Positions 59,155-64,000 of a DNA stretch of 64,000 nt are shown here, one piece after another; within the stretch, counting starts at the first letter, position 1; every line of letters starts with the position of its first letter. The translations under genes were made by a program, and so were the position numbers. A model generated the notes under the pieces. It was not told where the DNA came from, did no database searches, and saw only the letters and a list, made by a program, of their open reading frames with translations. Source of the DNA: Candidatus Aenigmatarchaeota archaeon (GTDB lineage: Archaea > Aenigmatarchaeota > Aenigmatarchaeia > QMZP01); contig JBDRSV010000024.1 in assembly GCA_043824495.1 (NCBI GenBank), positions 1 through 64,000 on the forward strand. Reading direction: 5' to 3'.

Positions 59155-59853
59155 CTATACCATCTGACATAATCCAGAGTTACATGATATGTAAGTATAT
59201 ATTATGCTTTCGCATTCTGTTTTTGTTATGAAGTCGTCTAAGACCTCTATTCCTAGTACGTCTATGATACACTGTTGATTTTCTTCATTATAAATCCCAT
59301 GGAAATCAGGTTCATCTATTATTCCATAGTCGTAGAATAGATCATCGACCAGTTCATGATTTTGTACTGTGAATCTTAAACAATCTTGTTGACTTTGACA
59401 TTCTCTGCAAAATCCTGACGTATCACATGTTGGTAGAGGATTCTCACAATTAGTGTTATAATATGTGAATGTTACATTGTTTCCTTGTTCTGTGTATGTG
59501 TACCTGCAATCATCAAAAGTTTCCTCTTCCCCGTCTCCAGATCCGCTACCATCGCCTGGTTCAGATGGACCAGATTTTCCGATCTCAATATCTCTTTCTT
59601 GGTTGTTTATTTCTATTGTTACTTTCCAACAAGAATCATCTGGTGTGTTACATCCATCGTCATCGCATATGACACAATTGCTTTTTGGAGTTATGTCTTT
59701 TATTTCAGCGCCTTCATAATCATCGTTTATTATCTGTTGTATTTTCTGGTATTCTTCTGAAGATAGAGTATCAGTTGATGAAAATATGCCCGAGAAAAAA
59801 ACGGCTAATATAATGATCAATATGACAATCACAATTAATATCACTTTTTTCAT
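59155..59853 (-). CDS. Secreted or membrane-anchored Cys-rich acidic hypothetical protein
   Basis: N-terminal hydrophobic helix, multiple Cys, Asp/Glu-rich. Confidence 0.7.
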   Translation of the reverse strand: MKKVILIVIVILIIILAVFFSGIFSSTDTLSSEEYQKIQQIINDDYEGAEIKDITPKSNCVICDDDGCNTPDDSCWKVTIEINNQERDIEIGKSGPSEPGDGSGSGDGEEETFDDCRYTYTEQGNNVTFTYYNTNCENPLPTCDTSGFCRECQSQQDCLRFTVQNHELVDDLFYDYGIIDEPDFHGIYNEENQQCIIDVLGIEVLDDFITKTECESIIYTYISCNSGLCQMV

Positions 59854-59854
59854 A

Positions 59855-61078
59855 TTAACACACCGTGTATCCTATATCTGTTAGATTATATTTACTTGCA
59901 AACGCTGCATTGAGTCTAAACCAATCAGGTAATCCTCTAAATTGTAGACATCCATCATTTGATGCATCCTCAAAGTATAGGTAAGATACTGATATCTGAT
60001 CAGGTTTTGTGTTTGTTGGATAACCCACAGCTTGTAAGTCCGGGATGTTTACGAATGTTTCTAATCCGTTTGTTGATGATGATGTGCTCCCTTCTAATCT
60101 TTCAAGGAAGCTTGGCCCTGTTGTTCCATCAAATGTGGTATAATATCCTTGTTCAAGTGCTTCTTCAATTGGTAGTGACCAGACTCCAGTGTACTGATCT
60201 AAATATACTGTCTTATAATTAGTTGAATTCACAGTATTATTAATTATGTCTATGGCATTTGTTGCACCTACGACATAGCAGTCTATACCGACTGGTAGAT
60301 CATTTGTTTCTCCTATAATACCACCGAAATTGCCTACAATAGCTGACGCGTCTGTTGTAACTAAAATATTATCAGCACTCTCATCTGAAGAATCTGTTGT
60401 TATATTGCCTGTACAGTTCTCATTTCTGAGTGTACCAGAAACCAGCTTCATGACATGATATGGATAAGGATGTGCTTTCACTTTTCTCACAACACCACTA
60501 CCATTAACAGCGAAAATAGGATCATCAAAACCTTCTGTGGATATTAGAATTGCTTTACTTGTGTTTCTCTCTATTCTGGATTTATTTGTTTTATCAGAAA
60601 CATTTGAGTAGAAGTTTATTGTTGCTACTATATTGAGACCGTTGTAATTGTATATAGTCAAATTAGAAGAGTTTAGATATTTATTGAATCCAATTCCGAC
60701 GCCCAGTATTCTATCTTTCCAATTGACGATTGTATTGTTGAATAATAATAAATCGAATTCTCCATCAAAACTTCCGTTATTCATAAGCTCTTTAATACGG
60801 TTCGGTGTTTCACCTGTTGGTATGAAAGTTCCGTTAGTTAGAACTCTGTTAAGAGCTGATAATAAAGCTCTCTTACCTGAAATTTCTAATGCTCTTTCGA
60901 AATCACTTTCTATTATTTTCTGTGATTGTCTTACTTGGTCAGAAACTATTTTGTCTACAACACCAACATTCATATCTTCAAGAGAGTTGATGTAAACTAT
61001 AATGAATAATAAAAGCGGTATGACTATCAAAACAGAAATAAGTGAATATATCTGACCTTTCTGGTATTTTATATCCAT
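59855..61078 (-). CDS. Large pilin-like protein (class III signal peptide)
   Basis: YQKG|QIYSLISVLIVIPLLLF; located in the pilus operon. Confidence 0.7.
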   Translation of the reverse strand: MDIKYQKGQIYSLISVLIVIPLLLFIIVYINSLEDMNVGVVDKIVSDQVRQSQKIIESDFERALEISGKRALLSALNRVLTNGTFIPTGETPNRIKELMNNGSFDGEFDLLLFNNTIVNWKDRILGVGIGFNKYLNSSNLTIYNYNGLNIVATINFYSNVSDKTNKSRIERNTSKAILISTEGFDDPIFAVNGSGVVRKVKAHPYPYHVMKLVSGTLRNENCTGNITTDSSDESADNILVTTDASAIVGNFGGIIGETNDLPVGIDCYVVGATNAIDIINNTVNSTNYKTVYLDQYTGVWSLPIEEALEQGYYTTFDGTTGPSFLERLEGSTSSSTNGLETFVNIPDLQAVGYPTNTKPDQISVSYLYFEDASNDGCLQFRGLPDWFRLNAAFASKYNLTDIGYTVC

Positions 61079-64000
61079 ATTCTAATCTCCAATTCAGATG
61101 GTCCCCATAGAGAAGGTATGCCACCTATTGAGCTTGAATCAAAGTTAACTTCTTCTGTGATTTGCAAATCTATTGGATTTGTGTCATTCAATCCGTCGTA
61201 TGGATCTCCGATTGTACCATCACCATAACTGTTTATGTTTTTATCAAAAATGAAGTTCAAGTTATTTAGAAGACGCATGAAAGCATCATCTACAGAGTCG
61301 TTCTGTGGATCAAAAATGTCTGTTGGATCTGCTCCTACAGCTACATTAGATGAACCATCTACAATATCATCTCCATTGAAATCATAATACACGGTTACAG
61401 TGCTCCCCTTACCTTTAGGGAACACATCGCTATAGCCTTGGAGATTGATATTCCCTATTCTTAGTGTGTAAATAACTCTAGCATCTGGAGAACCTCCAGT
61501 CCCATTGTCCGGACTAACTCCAGTACCTAATCTAACAGAATTATTTTCTCCAACACCTAAATATTCAGGAGGAATCTGAACTATGTACGGATCTCCTAAT
61601 CCTAAATACTCGTCAGAATAATTTCCTAACCAATAGACAAGATTCCAATTATCATCGCTTTCGTTTTTTACGTATAACCTATCTGTCCAATATTCAGATG
61701 AGTAAGAAGTTATTTTAGAGTCTATAACTTTAGTGAAGTTTGGGACAAAGAACCATCCTTCTTTTGTTGTTGTTGTATTATTTGTTATAGTGGCAGAACC
61801 AGTTGAGATTGAAAGCCTTGGCATTTCAAATGTTAATGTGGCTTCTCCATATTCAGGAGGCTCAATGGTAGTTACGTAATCAAAATTTATGAAAGAATCA
61901 TTAAACAATGTGCTGTTTATGGATGCGTTTCCAGAAATATTTAATATCTGAGCAACAAAGGATGCTTCTACTATGTCTTGAGCAATTCTTTTATAGATTT
62001 CTTGTAAGTCGTCTGCATTACTACTATTGAAAAATCTATTACAGTTAGGAATCCAGTCATCGGCTTCACAGTCCCAGCAAGCTGTTTTATTTAATGTGTC
62101 AACGTCTGCTGTTGCACCAAATGCTACTGCATAAACTGTGATATTAAATTCGTCCCTAGCTTCACATGCTCTTGCAATTGCATCAGCTGAAGCTACCGCA
62201 TTCGCACATGAAGATCCTGGTATACATACATTTGCTTGACCATCACTCATAACAAGCATTGACTTGAATCGACTTCTAGTTATGTTCATTTCTAAATCAA
62301 ATTTAGCTGACTCTGCGTCATCGTTCTTCAGTTTAACTGCAACTACATTATCCCCTGTGTAGAAGTATGGTGTGCCTCCAGGAAGCTGCGCTGCAGGAAC
62401 ATTATACACAATTACCTGTTCAAATACAGAAACATTGTCCAATAAGAATGTATCAGAACTTTCTGCATCTATTGCGTTTGATCTAAACCTTATCTTAAAG
62501 TCATCTACATGGTTGAATATATTCAAATTCACAATCTCACGGTAATAGTCTCCTGAATTAGTTGTGTGATCTCCATTGTTTCCTGTATGTGTTCTTACTT
62601 CTGTGTGCCATGCACCATCGTAAACATCTAGATAACCATATTCTCCAGTTTCAAGATCTTCTACTCTCCAGTAATATTCAAGTATAGCACTTGTGATATT
62701 CGATATGTTTATCTCTTTTTCTATCCACATTTCATTAGGACTAGATCCGTCTCCATAGAATTTAACAACATTAGTTCCTGACAGAGCTTCAGATTGGCTT
62801 ACAGTAACCACTCCACCATCATTTGTAGAGTCAACTGTCCAACCACTCAGTGGACTCGAGCTGCCTCCCTGACCAAGAGTGATGTAATCAGCTCTACAGT
62901 AAGTACTGCCACTAGTTCTGTCGCATTCCAAAGTGATTTCTTCACCGTTATTTACAACTATATTTTGAATTGTTCTGTCTGTCCAAGATTGTGTTAATTC
63001 ATTGGCAAACCAGTTGTCCACTTCAACATCATCTACATAAACTCTCCACTCGTCGTGTGGAGCAGAGCTGTCACTTTCTGGACAATACCTAACTGTGATA
63101 TTATAAGTTCCATCTGTTCTAGAATAAGTCATTGTAGCATTGGAAAAGTCTGTAGTAGCGCCTTCGTGTCTGATGCATGTGCCTGATGGTCCAGAACAAG
63201 CACAGCTGCTTGTAGTTGCGAAACCATCAACATAGCTGAATTCTCCTGTATCTTCTGTTTCCACTAGATAAGAAACACTATCATTTTCAAATCCATCAAA
63301 GAATATCAGGTTTGGTCTGTTCCAATAAGTTCCATTGTATTCATTTGTATCGTTTTCTATCAAATGTCCATTCAAATATAATTCCACTGCATCATCTGCC
63401 ATTATAAAGAATTGTGCAGATTCTACAGTGCTTACATCATTTACGTCAAAATGTTTTCTCAAGAAATATGAACCTCCATTATTTCCCGTGTTTGTGTCTA
63501 TGTTAGGAAGATAATCATAACCCACAGATTCGAATCCTAGTATGGCATCACCACTCTGCCAGAATGTATCATTGTATGATTTGTTTGTCCATTCACTTGC
63601 GTTTTCCACAGGAGGTTCAGAATCCGGATAACTCGTGTTGTATAACCAAGTTGTACTTCTATTTATAGCAGAATAAATCAGAGTCTCATCTCTTAATCTT
63701 CTCGTTGCATCGAAAATGCCACACGCAATACATGTTGAACCGCATGTAGAATCATATGTGTTTATGTCAGTTTGTAGAGAAACAATATCAGAACTGAAGT
63801 CATGGCTTCCACAGCTTAAATCACTACCATAAGTAACTAGACTAACTCTGTTGCCTGTTTTATTTTCTAAAACAGACTCTACAAAATCGGTGTCAGCATC
63901 CCTCACAACATTGATCCTCTCCCTGTTACATGGAGCAGGAGCTCCACAATCACATGGTCCTAATGGAGAAGAAACATCACATATACCCATACTTCCTGAT
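61069..64000 (-). CDS. vWA-domain pilus-associated adhesin with nested jelly-roll/carbohydrate-binding-like inserts (5' truncated)
   Basis: vWA elements NRVSLVTY, GSTCIACGI, SMLVMSDGQAN and ITVYAVAFG. The frame stays open upstream of the ATG at 63990 to the window edge. Confidence 0.8.
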   Translation of the reverse strand, partial: SGSMGICDVSSPLGPCDCGAPAPCNRERINVVRDADTDFVESVLENKTGNRVSLVTYGSDLSCGSHDFSSDIVSLQTDINTYDSTCGSTCIACGIFDATRRLRDETLIYSAINRSTTWLYNTSYPDSEPPVENASEWTNKSYNDTFWQSGDAILGFESVGYDYLPNIDTNTGNNGGSYFLRKHFDVNDVSTVESAQFFIMADDAVELYLNGHLIENDTNEYNGTYWNRPNLIFFDGFENDSVSYLVETEDTGEFSYVDGFATTSSCACSGPSGTCIRHEGATTDFSNATMTYSRTDGTYNITVRYCPESDSSAPHDEWRVYVDDVEVDNWFANELTQSWTDRTIQNIVVNNGEEITLECDRTSGSTYCRADYITLGQGGSSSPLSGWTVDSTNDGGVVTVSQSEALSGTNVVKFYGDGSSPNEMWIEKEINISNITSAILEYYWRVEDLETGEYGYLDVYDGAWHTEVRTHTGNNGDHTTNSGDYYREIVNLNIFNHVDDFKIRFRSNAIDAESSDTFLLDNVSVFEQVIVYNVPAAQLPGGTPYFYTGDNVVAVKLKNDDAESAKFDLEMNITRSRFKSMLVMSDGQANVCIPGSSCANAVASADAIARACEARDEFNITVYAVAFGATADVDTLNKTACWDCEADDWIPNCNRFFNSSNADDLQEIYKRIAQDIVEASFVAQILNISGNASINSTLFNDSFINFDYVTTIEPPEYGEATLTFEMPRLSISTGSATITNNTTTTKEGWFFVPNFTKVIDSKITSYSSEYWTDRLYVKNESDDNWNLVYWLGNYSDEYLGLGDPYIVQIPPEYLGVGENNSVRLGTGVSPDNGTGGSPDARVIYTLRIGNINLQGYSDVFPKGKGSTVTVYYDFNGDDIVDGSSNVAVGADPTDIFDPQNDSVDDAFMRLLNNLNFIFDKNINSYGDGTIGDPYDGLNDTNPIDLQITEEVNFDSSSIGGIPSLWGPSELEIRIWI

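Noticed and set aside
478-62997. Numerous 60-190 aa ORFs antisense to or overlapping the long genes in the ORF track
   Set aside because: Shadow frames of well-supported genes with no motifs.
1-64000. CRISPR array or cas genes
   Set aside because: No regularly spaced repeat-spacer run was seen; the repeats found are in-frame coding duplications.

Overview
AT-rich, gene-dense archaeal chromosome segment, most likely from a DPANN lineage (inference from the gene mix and GGTGA-type ribosome-binding sites; not tested). From left to right: a repeat protein, a free-standing LAGLIDADG-like gene and the Nre repair gene. Next comes a peptide/amide ligase cluster (circularly permuted ATP-grasp, amidohydrolase, unknown ORF, GCS2-type ligase). 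A ~28 kb block follows with four giant membrane-anchored surface proteins (1342, 3007, 1495 and 3092 aa) built from shared modules; one is an S8 protease and one combines an M6 metalloprotease with a clan-CD (C13-like) cysteine protease, and a single-repeat TBP-fold gene sits inside the block. Then HDAC, a second LAGLIDADG-like gene, thermonuclease, FKBP and ftsZ, and a classical mevalonate cluster (mvaD, mvk, pmk) with HAD and Nudix genes inserted. tRNA-Thr(GGT) is followed by an intact tyrosine integrase whose 3' ~319 bp recur 2.2 kb downstream, bracketing a GC-rich, signal-peptide-bearing pepD. The window ends with a dockerin-bearing S8/FG-GAP protease and a Tad-like type IV pilus locus that runs off the right edge. 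No CRISPR array or rRNA was seen. All coordinates, identities and family calls were read and counted by hand, with no database search.
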